Part shown: piece by piece, positions 39,011-48,935 of the stretch
Numbering within the stretch: the first letter of the stretch is position 1
Layout of the letters: every line of letters begins with the position of its first letter
DNA from: a virus
Lineage: Duplodnaviria > Caudoviricetes
Length of the DNA stretch: 64,000 nucleotides
Reading direction: 5' to 3' (one strand)
Virus record (IMG/VR): IMGVR_UViG_3300021400_000529
Span: 64,001-128,000 of that record
The notes under the pieces: model-generated
The model's input: the letters and a program-made list of their open reading frames with translations, nothing else
Told to the model about the DNA's origin: nothing
The model's database searches: none
Translations under genes and position numbers: made by a program

Positions 39011-41314
39011 ATGAGTGAAGGAGATGGAAGTAGTGGAACATGGGGAAGTTGGGAAGTAAAACATAAAGTATTTGTTTCTGCCGACCGAACTGGTGGTGCT
39101 GATTCACTTAAAAATGAAATTGCAAGTATTATCCAACAAGCGGGTCATGAAGTTATTAATGGTGAAGTTTCACCAGATGGAGAGAACCATGGGATTAATG
39201 GTGCTTCAGATACTACCTTCTTTTATGTGGCTAACGGTATTGACCCTGATACTATTGCTGAATATCATATGGAAAGTGATTCGACAGGGTGGAGAGGACC
39301 AAACAAGAATGCTACCAATTGTAATATAGTTGTGGGTTGGTGGACTAGTGGTGGCGGTGCTTGTACAATGGCTAACATTAACAAAACACCCATTTTTCAT
39401 GCTTGGGATACTTATTGGAGTAATAATACTCTAAGAGCGTATACTGAGAAATTTAAGAATGCTGCTGATATAGTTTCACAGTTACCTAATGGTGGTGCTG
39501 TTGCTGGTCCTGATGCTCAAAGTCTTGCTAATGGTTTTCTTAGTGGTCATGGTAGTGGTGGTGCGGCAACTGGTGTTAATGTTGTTGAAGGACATATTTT
39601 CAGTCATGAAGGTGAAACACCACAATTCTGGAATAGTGAAACATACACACCATATTATCAGATTGACTTCATAAATTTCACTATGGAAGATGAATATCCA
39701 CGTGTTAGAACAGCAACCTTTGAAACAACGGAAAATATTGACCTTACTCAAGGTAGGGTTGCTGTTCTCATTGCTGGTGATTGTAATGATTTTGGTGGAA
39801 TAATCATTAAAAAGGATTATGATTCCAAAAAGAAAATTTATAAGTACCAGTGTCAGGGTTTTATGGAGAGAATTATGGCTTCTCCAGTTTATGTTGTGGC
39901 TAATGGTGGTCATACAGCACATCATCTTATAAGTGAGTATCTGGCCAGTGTAGGATTACCTTCAGTTAATTTACTTGAACCGGATGAGTATGATGTGTTT
40001 ATTGATGAGTTTACACAGGAAATGTTGAAAGCTGAAGCGGACATGGAAGATTCTGTGGAAAACTTCAATGCACGTAATGACACCAAAATAGATACAGACA
40101 AAGTCACTGGTTACTACGGTCAGAAAAAAGAAGGTGAAGAGGAATCAGAGGAAAGTTCTGAAAGCAGTGATGAAAATTCAGACAACAAAGTTCAACAACA
40201 AGAAACGGCCGGATTGATAATGACTGAAACGGAAAGTCATGATGATGACTATGAAGTAATAAACACATTTAAAGCCAAACCTGTAGGGATATATGATAAA
40301 ACAACTGGTGCAGATTTCATAAGAACACTCATCTTCGATTATGGAATTAATGTTGATTTCTATGGTGATATCAATGGAATTCCTCATTTTGATGTAATGG
40401 ACATGGAACAATGGAAAAACACAGGGTGGGTTATATCACCTGAGATGGGTTATTCCTCTGATTATGAAAGAACATTTGACATTACAGATGTTGTAACACA
40501 AGTTGGTGTTAAAAATATCCAAGCAATTAATGGTAATGGTGAATTATACACAAGTAAGGAATTGTTGGGTGTTGATCTTGAAAGATTCGTTGGTCGTATG
40601 GGAACAATCGTAGATAACCCTAATGAGAAACAAGGTGGTGCTGCACAGACTGACCAGATACAGTCAATGTATCAAGATGCTGAGGGTAACCAATATAATG
40701 AATCACAAGTAATCTCTACTAATGGTGAACCGAGTTGTAGTCATTGTAAGGAAGCTAATGGTGGAACACAACCTGAGATGAAAAAGTATCAGAAATATTG
40801 GGTGAACAAGTGTCCTGGTTGTGGTAAGGGTGTTGGTAGTGAATCATCTGATTCTAGTTCATCGTCAAGTAGTAGTGATAGTAGTGGTAGTTCGGCATCT
40901 TCTAGTTCATCAAGTAGTAGTTCGACAACATCAACTGGTCCATTGGAAAGTAAATCAGAAGGGCATGGTAAAACAGTTTGTAAGGAATGTAAATTGGAAT
41001 ACTGTCAATTCTGTGGACATTGTTTAAGTGGAAATTCGTATCAGTTAACTGAAGTTACTAAAATTACGGCAGTCAGTGGTACAACAAGTGCTGGAACTTC
41101 AACGGGTGTTACTGCTGGTTCTACATCAGGAAGTAGTGGAAGCAGTAGTGGAAGTAGTAGTAGAAGAAGTAGTGGTGGAAGTTCAAGTTCGGCTAAAGCA
41201 CCATCTGTTACTCCTGGTAAAAGTGCTAAAAGAAGAGCTTCAGAATATAATGAGGCTAAAAAAGCAGAATATGATAGAATGTACAGAAAAACAAAAAGTA
41301 TCATGGGACATTAA
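39011..41314 (+). CDS. Baseplate hub-like protein with Cys-rich zinc-binding C-terminus
   Basis: Hub-like FGGII....Y.....YKYQC.G and FDITDVVTQV segments; several CxxC pairs; Ser-rich linkers. Confidence 0.55.
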   Translation: MSEGDGSSGTWGSWEVKHKVFVSADRTGGADSLKNEIASIIQQAGHEVINGEVSPDGENHGINGASDTTFFYVANGIDPDTIAEYHMESDSTGWRGPNKNATNCNIVVGWWTSGGGACTMANINKTPIFHAWDTYWSNNTLRAYTEKFKNAADIVSQLPNGGAVAGPDAQSLANGFLSGHGSGGAATGVNVVEGHIFSHEGETPQFWNSETYTPYYQIDFINFTMEDEYPRVRTATFETTENIDLTQGRVAVLIAGDCNDFGGIIIKKDYDSKKKIYKYQCQGFMERIMASPVYVVANGGHTAHHLISEYLASVGLPSVNLLEPDEYDVFIDEFTQEMLKAEADMEDSVENFNARNDTKIDTDKVTGYYGQKKEGEEESEESSESSDENSDNKVQQQETAGLIMTETESHDDDYEVINTFKAKPVGIYDKTTGADFIRTLIFDYGINVDFYGDINGIPHFDVMDMEQWKNTGWVISPEMGYSSDYERTFDITDVVTQVGVKNIQAINGNGELYTSKELLGVDLERFVGRMGTIVDNPNEKQGGAAQTDQIQSMYQDAEGNQYNESQVISTNGEPSCSHCKEANGGTQPEMKKYQKYWVNKCPGCGKGVGSESSDSSSSSSSSDSSGSSASSSSSSSSSTTSTGPLESKSEGHGKTVCKECKLEYCQFCGHCLSGNSYQLTEVTKITAVSGTTSAGTSTGVTAGSTSGSSGSSSGSSSRRSSGGSSSSAKAPSVTPGKSAKRRASEYNEAKKAEYDRMYRKTKSIMGH

Positions 41315-41354
41315 TTTAATAGGTTTAATAAGATAATGGAGTGTGGTTAATCAA

Positions 41355-42434
41355 ATGCCCGAAAACAATGCAGCAAATCCTGATGAAGAATGGGACACTA
41401 CATTGAGTGCTGGTGAGGAAGCTTCTGGTGAAGGAGAAACAGAAGAAGAAGAAAACACGGCAGAAGATGTTGCTCAAAACAATCCTGAAGATAATAAGAA
41501 GTTGTCCGAAATTGTTATGTCGGAACAACTTAGAAAGACTTTTGAGTTGAAACTTACTATTCCTCGCATTCTTAAGAAATTACATACTAATCAATTCTTT
41601 TTCATAGAAGTTAGTGATGAGTTCTATGAAACCAATTATCCATCAATAATTAAAGCTATTGCTAATAAGAAATTTGCAAGGTTCGCTGGTTTTGAAAAAG
41701 GGAGATTCTTTGTTGAGAAAGTAGAGGAAAAAGGGGGAATGGATGGATGGTCAACCACCATTACCTTAAATCCTATTCCACCGAGTCTTGCTATTTACAG
41801 TAAGATGCAAAAAGATGCTCAGAAGGCTTTGGTTCATGCCATCAACATGGAATTAAGATTGCTTGGCGGTGGTGGAACTGGTGGTAGTCCTGTTAATGCT
41901 TCTGGTCAAGATTGTAATCCTAGTGATGGTCATGAAACACATCATTGGGGTGGAAAACATAGACAATATCCTCCAGTTTGTACACCTGAAAGTAAGGTAA
42001 TTAGAGGAAATAGTAATAGACAATATGCTAAAGATACTGCTCAATATGCTGGTAGTAGTAAACAGTTGGTGGAATATGTTGCGAGTCAGTGTAGTTATGT
42101 GCGGTATCCTGATAATCCTCGTGGTGAAGAGTGTTGTCCTGAAAAGTTATGGACTGGTAGTAGACCTATTGGAATTAATTGTGCGGATAGTGCAAGGTTG
42201 TTGAAGTGTATACTTGATGTGAATGGTTATCAAAGTATTACTTGTCATATTCCTGGCCATTTTTTTAATGCTATTTGGGAGAATGGTGGTTGGACTATTT
42301 GTGATATTTGTCAAACAACTTGTTATGGTAAATCTGCTTATGGTCATGCTAATCATGAGGATGAGGGTGATTGTCATCCTATTGGTACTTGGGACAATCC
42401 TTTGACTGAAGGATTTATTACTGGTGATTGGTAA
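41355..42434 (+). CDS. Tail cassette A: constant N-terminus plus transglutaminase-like (PeiW-type) cysteine peptidase
   Basis: GINCADSARL, PGHFF and WTICD give a C-H-D triad; about 175 N-terminal aa shared with cassettes B and C. Confidence 0.7.
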   Translation: MPENNAANPDEEWDTTLSAGEEASGEGETEEEENTAEDVAQNNPEDNKKLSEIVMSEQLRKTFELKLTIPRILKKLHTNQFFFIEVSDEFYETNYPSIIKAIANKKFARFAGFEKGRFFVEKVEEKGGMDGWSTTITLNPIPPSLAIYSKMQKDAQKALVHAINMELRLLGGGGTGGSPVNASGQDCNPSDGHETHHWGGKHRQYPPVCTPESKVIRGNSNRQYAKDTAQYAGSSKQLVEYVASQCSYVRYPDNPRGEECCPEKLWTGSRPIGINCADSARLLKCILDVNGYQSITCHIPGHFFNAIWENGGWTICDICQTTCYGKSAYGHANHEDEGDCHPIGTWDNPLTEGFITGDW

Positions 42435-42487
42435 AATCTATGATTAAATATTTTATCTTTTTTTTGTGATGTGAAGAGTTGTTGGTT

Positions 42488-42739
42488 ATGGATAAAAAGT
42501 TAAGAGATGCTTTGGTAACAAACATAAAGTTACATTTACTTAAACAGGATTGGAAGTATATTGATTATATGTTGGAAGAGGTATACTTGTATAATCGTAA
42601 GGGTACTAAAATGATTGTTATTAAACCGTTACCTGATGCTGTTGCCACTATGCAATTTTATGCTATTAATGGTGCTTTTGCTGGTGATGTGATTGATTGG
42701 GAAAATGTTCAAAGTAATGGGGAATTAATAGATGCCTGA
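42488..42739 (+). CDS. Small partner protein A
   Basis: Homologous to partners B and C (IKLHL...ID.ML.E.Y ... MQF..NG.F....WE.V...G). Confidence 0.7.
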   Translation: MDKKLRDALVTNIKLHLLKQDWKYIDYMLEEVYLYNRKGTKMIVIKPLPDAVATMQFYAINGAFAGDVIDWENVQSNGELIDA

Positions 42740-43718
42740 GAATAATACTGCTACTTCTGATGAAAATTGGGATACCACTCTTAGTGAGGGAGCAGAAGCT
42801 TCTGGTGAAGGAGATGGAGAAGAAACTGATGAAACCAACACGGCAGAAGATGTAGCACAGAATAATCCGGAGGATAATAAGAAGTTATCTGAATTGGTTA
42901 TGTCGGAACAGTTAAGGAAAACATATAACCTTAAATTAATGATTCCACGTATATTGAAAGGTTTAAATACTAATCAATTCTTTTTTATTGAAGTTGCTGA
43001 TGAGTTCTATGAAACTAACTATCCCGAAATAATTAAGGCTATTGCTAATAAGAAATTTGCCCGTTTTGCCGGATTTGAAAAAGGAAGATTCTTTGTGGAA
43101 AAAGTTGAGGAAAAGGGTGGTATGGATGGTTGGAGTACCACCATAACACTTAATCCAATACCACCATCATTAGCTATCTACAGTAAGATGAAGAAGGATG
43201 CTCAGAAAGCCCTTGTACAAGCAATTAACTGGGAACTTTCACTTGCTGGTGGTGGTGGAACAGGAAATGTAAATGCTACTGGTGATGATTGTACGGAAAC
43301 CTTAGAAATTTCAACAACTACCTTTGGAGATGAATCATTTGAAAAATGTGCTCAAACAGTAATTGGGAATAGTAGTGCTAATTATGCTCAAGCAGTGTCT
43401 AGTCTTAGTTGTGAGGATGCGATAAAAAGTATTGAATACAGTTATCATGATCATATGAACAATCTTGTTTGTCCTCAGAAACTGGCTGAAAGTTGGCCGA
43501 AAATTTATGCTAATTGTGCTGATCATTCAAGGTTGGTTAAGTGTATATGTGATGTTAAGGGTGTTCCTTGTGCTATTTTTCATGGAAGTAGTCACTATTG
43601 GAATTATGTTAAGATTAATGGTAAATGGGAGAGTGTTGATTTATGCACTCCTAATAATAATACATGGGATGGTCATCTGAGAAATACTGCTGGTTGGAAT
43701 GCTCGTGGAAAGAAATAA
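42732..43718 (+). CDS. Tail cassette B: constant N-terminus plus transglutaminase-like peptidase
   Basis: ANCADHSRL, SHYW and WESVD triad. Confidence 0.7.
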   Translation: MPENNTATSDENWDTTLSEGAEASGEGDGEETDETNTAEDVAQNNPEDNKKLSELVMSEQLRKTYNLKLMIPRILKGLNTNQFFFIEVADEFYETNYPEIIKAIANKKFARFAGFEKGRFFVEKVEEKGGMDGWSTTITLNPIPPSLAIYSKMKKDAQKALVQAINWELSLAGGGGTGNVNATGDDCTETLEISTTTFGDESFEKCAQTVIGNSSANYAQAVSSLSCEDAIKSIEYSYHDHMNNLVCPQKLAESWPKIYANCADHSRLVKCICDVKGVPCAIFHGSSHYWNYVKINGKWESVDLCTPNNNTWDGHLRNTAGWNARGKK

Positions 43719-43751
43719 TGGATAAATAATTTAATTTATGGTGTGATTGTT

Positions 43752-44018
43752 ATGAAAGTAAAACCTTCAACTATTGAAATATTAAAAACACAAATAAAAC
43801 TACATATATCTTCTGAATATTATGATAAATTAGATTCTATGTTAAAAGAGGCTTATATTTTAAATGAAGGAAATGAGAATTTGATTTGTCTACGTTCTTT
43901 TGGTGGTGATGGGACTGGCAACATGTGTATGATGTTTTCAACAGTAAATGGTTCATTCTATGATACATGTCCATGGGAATATGTTAAACAAAAAGGAGAA
44001 CAAATAACTATAATCTAA
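43752..44018 (+). CDS. Small partner protein B
   Basis: IKLHI...LDSMLKEAY...MMFSTVNGSFY...WEYVKQKG. Confidence 0.7.
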   Translation: MKVKPSTIEILKTQIKLHISSEYYDKLDSMLKEAYILNEGNENLICLRSFGGDGTGNMCMMFSTVNGSFYDTCPWEYVKQKGEQITII

Positions 44019-44029
44019 TGGAGAAATAG

Positions 44030-44959
44030 ATGCCTGAAAATAATACTGCTACTTCTGATGAAAATTGGGACACTACATTGAGTGAAGGGGCAGAAGCTTC
44101 TGGTGAGGGTGAAGAAGGAGAAGAAACTGAAGAAAATACTGCTGAGGACGTTGCACAGAATAATCCCGAAGATAACAAGAAATTATCAGAGATTGTTATG
44201 TCTGAACAACTTCGGAAAACATTTCAACTGAAATTGACAATTCCTCGTATTTTGGAAGAGTTGCATACCAATCAGTTTTTCTTTATTGAAGTTGCTGATG
44301 AGTTCTATGAAACGAACTATCCTGAAATAATTAAAGCAATAGCTTATACCAAGTTTGCCCGTTTCGCTGGATTTGAAAAAGGGAGATTCTTTGTTGAGAA
44401 AGTAGAGGAAAAAGGAGGAATGGATGGTTGGAGTACTACTATTACTTTAAATCCTATTCCACCCAGTTTGGCTATTTATTCGAAGATGCAGAAGGATGCT
44501 CAGAAGGCACTTGTACAAGCGATTAATGATGAGATTGCTTTGAGTGGTGGTGGTGGAACAGTTTCAAGTGGTAGTGTCAATATGCAAACACTTGATGAGA
44601 TATATTCTATTGCGGCTACTTTCACTTATGGTGGTGCTGGTACTGGGTTGAGTCCTGAAAAGGCTTGGGAGTATTATCAGGGTGGTGGAAGAGTTTTTGA
44701 TTGTTATGATTGTAGTAATTGGTTGTTTTATTGTTTGAGGGAAAAGGGTATTCCTTGTAGGATTGTACAAGGAGGTAGTCCTTCCAGTTTGAGTGGTACT
44801 CACAGGGTTGTTCAGATTAATGAAGGGGGTAGTTGGCATTGTCCTCAACAGGCTTGGAGTTTAACAACGAATTTGAAACCTTTTACTCCTGAGGATAAGT
44901 ATGGTCTTACTCCTTTGTTAACATTTGATGGTACTAATACGATTGAGGGTGGTAGTTAG
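44030..44959 (+). CDS. Tail cassette C: constant N-terminus plus transglutaminase-like peptidase
   Basis: FDCYDCSNWL, GIPCRIV and THRVVQ motifs. Confidence 0.7.
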   Translation: MPENNTATSDENWDTTLSEGAEASGEGEEGEETEENTAEDVAQNNPEDNKKLSEIVMSEQLRKTFQLKLTIPRILEELHTNQFFFIEVADEFYETNYPEIIKAIAYTKFARFAGFEKGRFFVEKVEEKGGMDGWSTTITLNPIPPSLAIYSKMQKDAQKALVQAINDEIALSGGGGTVSSGSVNMQTLDEIYSIAATFTYGGAGTGLSPEKAWEYYQGGGRVFDCYDCSNWLFYCLREKGIPCRIVQGGSPSSLSGTHRVVQINEGGSWHCPQQAWSLTTNLKPFTPEDKYGLTPLLTFDGTNTIEGGS

Positions 44960-44961
44960 AT

Positions 44962-45228
44962 TTGATAAGTGAAGATTTGATAGAATGGATAACACCTAAT
45001 CTAAAAATGAATTTAGAGGAAAAAGATTGGGTTTATATTGATGATATGTTCAGTGAATGTTATGAAACTGTAGAGAATGGTGAAAAGGTTGTTTCTTTGA
45101 AACCACCGGCTTCCTATAATCCACCGGAGGGTCAGATGAAATTGACGATGCAGTTTTCCATGTTGAATGGTTCATTTTATGGTGTGGATGATTGGGAATA
45201 CATAAAACATGTGGGTAAATTGTTATGA
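44962..45228 (+). CDS. Small partner protein C
   Basis: LKMNL...IDDMFSECY...MQFSMLNGSFY...WEYIKHVG. Confidence 0.7.
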   Translation: MISEDLIEWITPNLKMNLEEKDWVYIDDMFSECYETVENGEKVVSLKPPASYNPPEGQMKLTMQFSMLNGSFYGVDDWEYIKHVGKLL

Positions 45229-48200
45229 GTAAGATTGTTCCGAAAATAAATGTTAATGTTCCCGGAGAATATGGTTCTGGTATGAAATATCCTGAACCTA
45301 TTGAAATTTTTTGTTCATTGAGGTATGTTGAAGATTTTGACAATTGTTATCTTTCATTGTATGAGGGTGATAATTTAATTCAAAGAATACATTACAATGG
45401 CAGTACTTCTGTTTATATTTCAAATCAAAAACCTTCGGATGAGGAAATTGAATATACTTTTGTTTATGATGGAAATAAAGATTATGAACCGGCTTCCAAG
45501 ACAGTATCATTTCATTATTATAAATCATCATATTCTCTTTCAAAAATTGATGAGGGTGATAATGTTTCATCATCTTTTATTATGGAGAATTGTAAAATAA
45601 ACCTGCAACTATTGGAAGGAGACAAAGTTTCACAAAAAGATATACATTACCATACTGATTATTATAATTTTTCAGGTATGTTGGTTAGAACAGAAACTGG
45701 AACATTAACTCCAAACAGTTATGGTAGAGTGGAGTATGAATTAACATCCGACATATTATCAACAGCACAAACCACATTCACTGTAGAAGGAGATGATTAT
45801 TATGAGGAATGTTCCTACACTACCAATTTTGAATGGGTTGCCAAACATACAGCTGAAACGATTCTTACTTTGAATGCTGAAAATATAAGGTACAGGAATG
45901 GGTACAGACCAATTCATATGACTGCTAAAGCAGAAAACATTGATGGACAAGCAATTGATGGAACAATGTCATTTTACGTTGATAATGTTCTTGTTTCAGA
46001 AGATTCTACCAAAAATGGTGTGGCTTATGCTATAAATCCTAACAATCCACGGGAAACTCCATTTAATTACCGTGTTGAGTTCAGTGGGAACAACACATAT
46101 GCACCAATGAGTGTGAGTAAAGATGTTTACTATAACAGACAAATACCATTACTAGTCGAGGTAAGAAATAGTTCTGTTAATCATGTAACTGAAGATAATG
46201 AAATCAAATTTTTCTTTTGTCGAACAGATGAAACGGCATTAACTAATTCTGCTCTCAGACATAGTATAACATATTATGATAATGATGGAAATGTTATAAA
46301 CACTGTCACTGGTTTTGGTAGGACTGATAATGAAGGGATTTATACGGTTGTAGCATCGTTGAATGTGGAAGGATCTGCTGAAGTCACAGTTTCATTTACT
46401 GCTGGTAGTGGAACTTATGAACCTGTATCCCGAACAGTAACTTGTTCATGGGTTGAAATGGAGGGTGTACATACTCATGGGTGGGTTGAAAGTAGTGGTG
46501 CATTATATCCTAATCCGTTGGTAATTGAAGGTGTTATTGAGGATACTAACAATCCTGATCTTGAAAACAGAGAAATAAAATTATACCGTAATGAAACACT
46601 TGTAAGTACAACTTTAACTAATATTGATGGAGAATTTGCTTTTGAGGACACACCGGTTCCTAATCGTTTAAGTGATGATAATGATTTTTACACATATTAC
46701 TTTGAATATGATGATTATGGGACGTCCAAAAGACAAATAGTTAATAAGGTACAATATCTTAACAAATCCACATTCACACAGTTAAATGGTTCATCCACTG
46801 TACCAATTGGAAGTGAAGGAACAGTAATATTGAAATTGTCCGATTATGCTGAGAATCTGGTGGATGCCAGTGTAAAAGTGGATATAACTGGATTGGATGA
46901 GGGAAAAACAATAACAATACCTTCTGAAATTAAAGAACAAACACTTACTACGGACAGTAGTGGTGAAATTTTATTCACGTTCACACCACAGGAAGTGGGG
47001 ACATATGAAATAATATTCACCTATGAGGGAAATGAATATTCACCGCCAACAAAGTTTTACAAAATAATCACATATAACAGGATACCAACAACATTAACAT
47101 TACTTGATAAATCAGAGAACTTAGAAGTAACTGATACTGGAATAATACAAATCAAATTAACAGACACCAATAGTAATATCCTAACCAACAAGAGAGTGCA
47201 ATGTGACCTTAAACTATTAACTGAAAATGATGAAGAAATAAGAGTACATGATTCCTGTTTTGATAAATTAGTACTGTTTACAGATAGTAATGGTATAATT
47301 ACTCTTGATTATAATCCAAGCACAGTTGGAGGGGTCACTGGTATTTTTACATTCACATGTTTGGAAGATGAAATCTATTCTTCATCAACATTAACAGAAA
47401 CTCTTTTTTGGGATTATATGGAAACTTCAATTGTTTTACTCGACAGAACCGAATGGACGGAGGCAACGTTGATGGGAGAAGTTCTGGTGAAATTGAAACG
47501 AAATAAAACCAATGAATATATTCCATATCAATTGTTGTCCTCAGAAATATCTTTTGAAGATAATGATACTGAGGGTAATCCAATTCCTATTGAAAGTGTG
47601 GAAGGTATTGATTTGGGTCAAGACAGACTGACAAACAGTAATGGAGAAACCAAATTTGGATATATTCCTTATAAAGGATTGTTGTTGGGTTATTATACAA
47701 TTTCATTTGCTGGAAATAACATATATGCATCTTCTACATTTTTTGATGACTATGGTATTGAGTGGGATAAGATTGAAACAACCATTTCAGCTAATAATGT
47801 CACAGCATATGAGGGGAGATATACTGATTATAGTACTGATATGACTAATTCTTATACTGAATTGTCAAATCCTTCACGGATTGGTTTGGATTGGGAAATA
47901 TTGGAACTTGCTGGAGCAAATGATGTTCCCGAGAATGTGGATACTGATGGTGTGAATGTTGTTTTAGGAAGGTATGAGAGGAATGTGTTTAAAATTCCTT
48001 TCCTACGGAATGGGAAATATAAAATAACATTCATGGGTGGTTATGGTGCTTATGTTGGATTATGTAATAGTTATTCCAATTTAGCCAAATGGGAAACAAT
48101 TTATCTTATACCAACAAATGGGTATATTCGAAATGCTGCAAATGTTCTCGAATTTACCATCGATAATGAAGATATAACAATAACAGTCAATGAAAATACT

Positions 48201-48935
48201 ACAATCAACAAAAGCATTGCCTTAACTTATGGAGAACATCTATATTTCTATTCACATCAAAACAATACAAACGACCCATTAACATTACAAAGCATAACAG
48301 AAATTACTCAAGTTCCATTGAATGAACAGAGTATCGGAACAGACCCTGATTACACAAATTTCCATGCAAAAGTGGAAACTGTGAACACACAAACAGAACA
48401 CACTTCAGTGAAAGGAAATAATGTTTACTGGAGAATAAACTATGATTCATCAAGAGTCAGACCAGTTTATGAAGGTGATTTGCCGGATTACTATTTCTAT
48501 GGAACTTTAGATGAAAACATGGAAGCAAACGTAAGATGGACTGACACAAATGGAAACCTGATGAATAATGGTGAAAACATTATTAGGGTTGATTTCTTAG
48601 GAAATGACATATTTTATCCATGTTTTACAAGAATAACATATACAGAATTAAGAAGAATACAACCTCACTTGGAAGTGGAAGTGCAACCATTGGAAGAATA
48701 TAATTATGAAATGCTGAATGGAGTTCCACTTGGACTTGAAGCCACCCTCACAGGAGAAAATAATGAACCATTAATAAACATTCCTTTAACAGTGACATTG
48801 GATGAAGAAGTGATTGGAGTTTACAACACTGATAATAATGGTCATGTTTCAACACAAATCATACCTCACAAAACAGGTTATATGCCATTGAGAGTTTACT
48901 ATAATTATGGTGATAACATTGACAGATGGATATAA
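45225..48935 (+). CDS. Large Ig-repeat tail fibre/adhesin
   Basis: Many TDxxG and F.GN..Y Big-like repeats; acidic. Confidence 0.7.
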   Translation: MSKIVPKINVNVPGEYGSGMKYPEPIEIFCSLRYVEDFDNCYLSLYEGDNLIQRIHYNGSTSVYISNQKPSDEEIEYTFVYDGNKDYEPASKTVSFHYYKSSYSLSKIDEGDNVSSSFIMENCKINLQLLEGDKVSQKDIHYHTDYYNFSGMLVRTETGTLTPNSYGRVEYELTSDILSTAQTTFTVEGDDYYEECSYTTNFEWVAKHTAETILTLNAENIRYRNGYRPIHMTAKAENIDGQAIDGTMSFYVDNVLVSEDSTKNGVAYAINPNNPRETPFNYRVEFSGNNTYAPMSVSKDVYYNRQIPLLVEVRNSSVNHVTEDNEIKFFFCRTDETALTNSALRHSITYYDNDGNVINTVTGFGRTDNEGIYTVVASLNVEGSAEVTVSFTAGSGTYEPVSRTVTCSWVEMEGVHTHGWVESSGALYPNPLVIEGVIEDTNNPDLENREIKLYRNETLVSTTLTNIDGEFAFEDTPVPNRLSDDNDFYTYYFEYDDYGTSKRQIVNKVQYLNKSTFTQLNGSSTVPIGSEGTVILKLSDYAENLVDASVKVDITGLDEGKTITIPSEIKEQTLTTDSSGEILFTFTPQEVGTYEIIFTYEGNEYSPPTKFYKIITYNRIPTTLTLLDKSENLEVTDTGIIQIKLTDTNSNILTNKRVQCDLKLLTENDEEIRVHDSCFDKLVLFTDSNGIITLDYNPSTVGGVTGIFTFTCLEDEIYSSSTLTETLFWDYMETSIVLLDRTEWTEATLMGEVLVKLKRNKTNEYIPYQLLSSEISFEDNDTEGNPIPIESVEGIDLGQDRLTNSNGETKFGYIPYKGLLLGYYTISFAGNNIYASSTFFDDYGIEWDKIETTISANNVTAYEGRYTDYSTDMTNSYTELSNPSRIGLDWEILELAGANDVPENVDTDGVNVVLGRYERNVFKIPFLRNGKYKITFMGGYGAYVGLCNSYSNLAKWETIYLIPTNGYIRNAANVLEFTIDNEDITITVNENTTINKSIALTYGEHLYFYSHQNNTNDPLTLQSITEITQVPLNEQSIGTDPDYTNFHAKVETVNTQTEHTSVKGNNVYWRINYDSSRVRPVYEGDLPDYYFYGTLDENMEANVRWTDTNGNLMNNGENIIRVDFLGNDIFYPCFTRITYTELRRIQPHLEVEVQPLEEYNYEMLNGVPLGLEATLTGENNEPLINIPLTVTLDEEVIGVYNTDNNGHVSTQIIPHKTGYMPLRVYYNYGDNIDRWI

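Noticed and set aside
40840-41200. Ser/Gly-rich (AGT)n-like tracts, and GDGDG repeats near 17340-17430
   Set aside because: Coding low-complexity linkers, not arrays.
41355-44560. Triplicated N-termini interpreted as a diversity-generating retroelement or invertase shufflon
   Set aside because: No reverse transcriptase or recombinase in the window, all copies are intact and co-oriented, and the differences look like ordinary, largely synonymous divergence.
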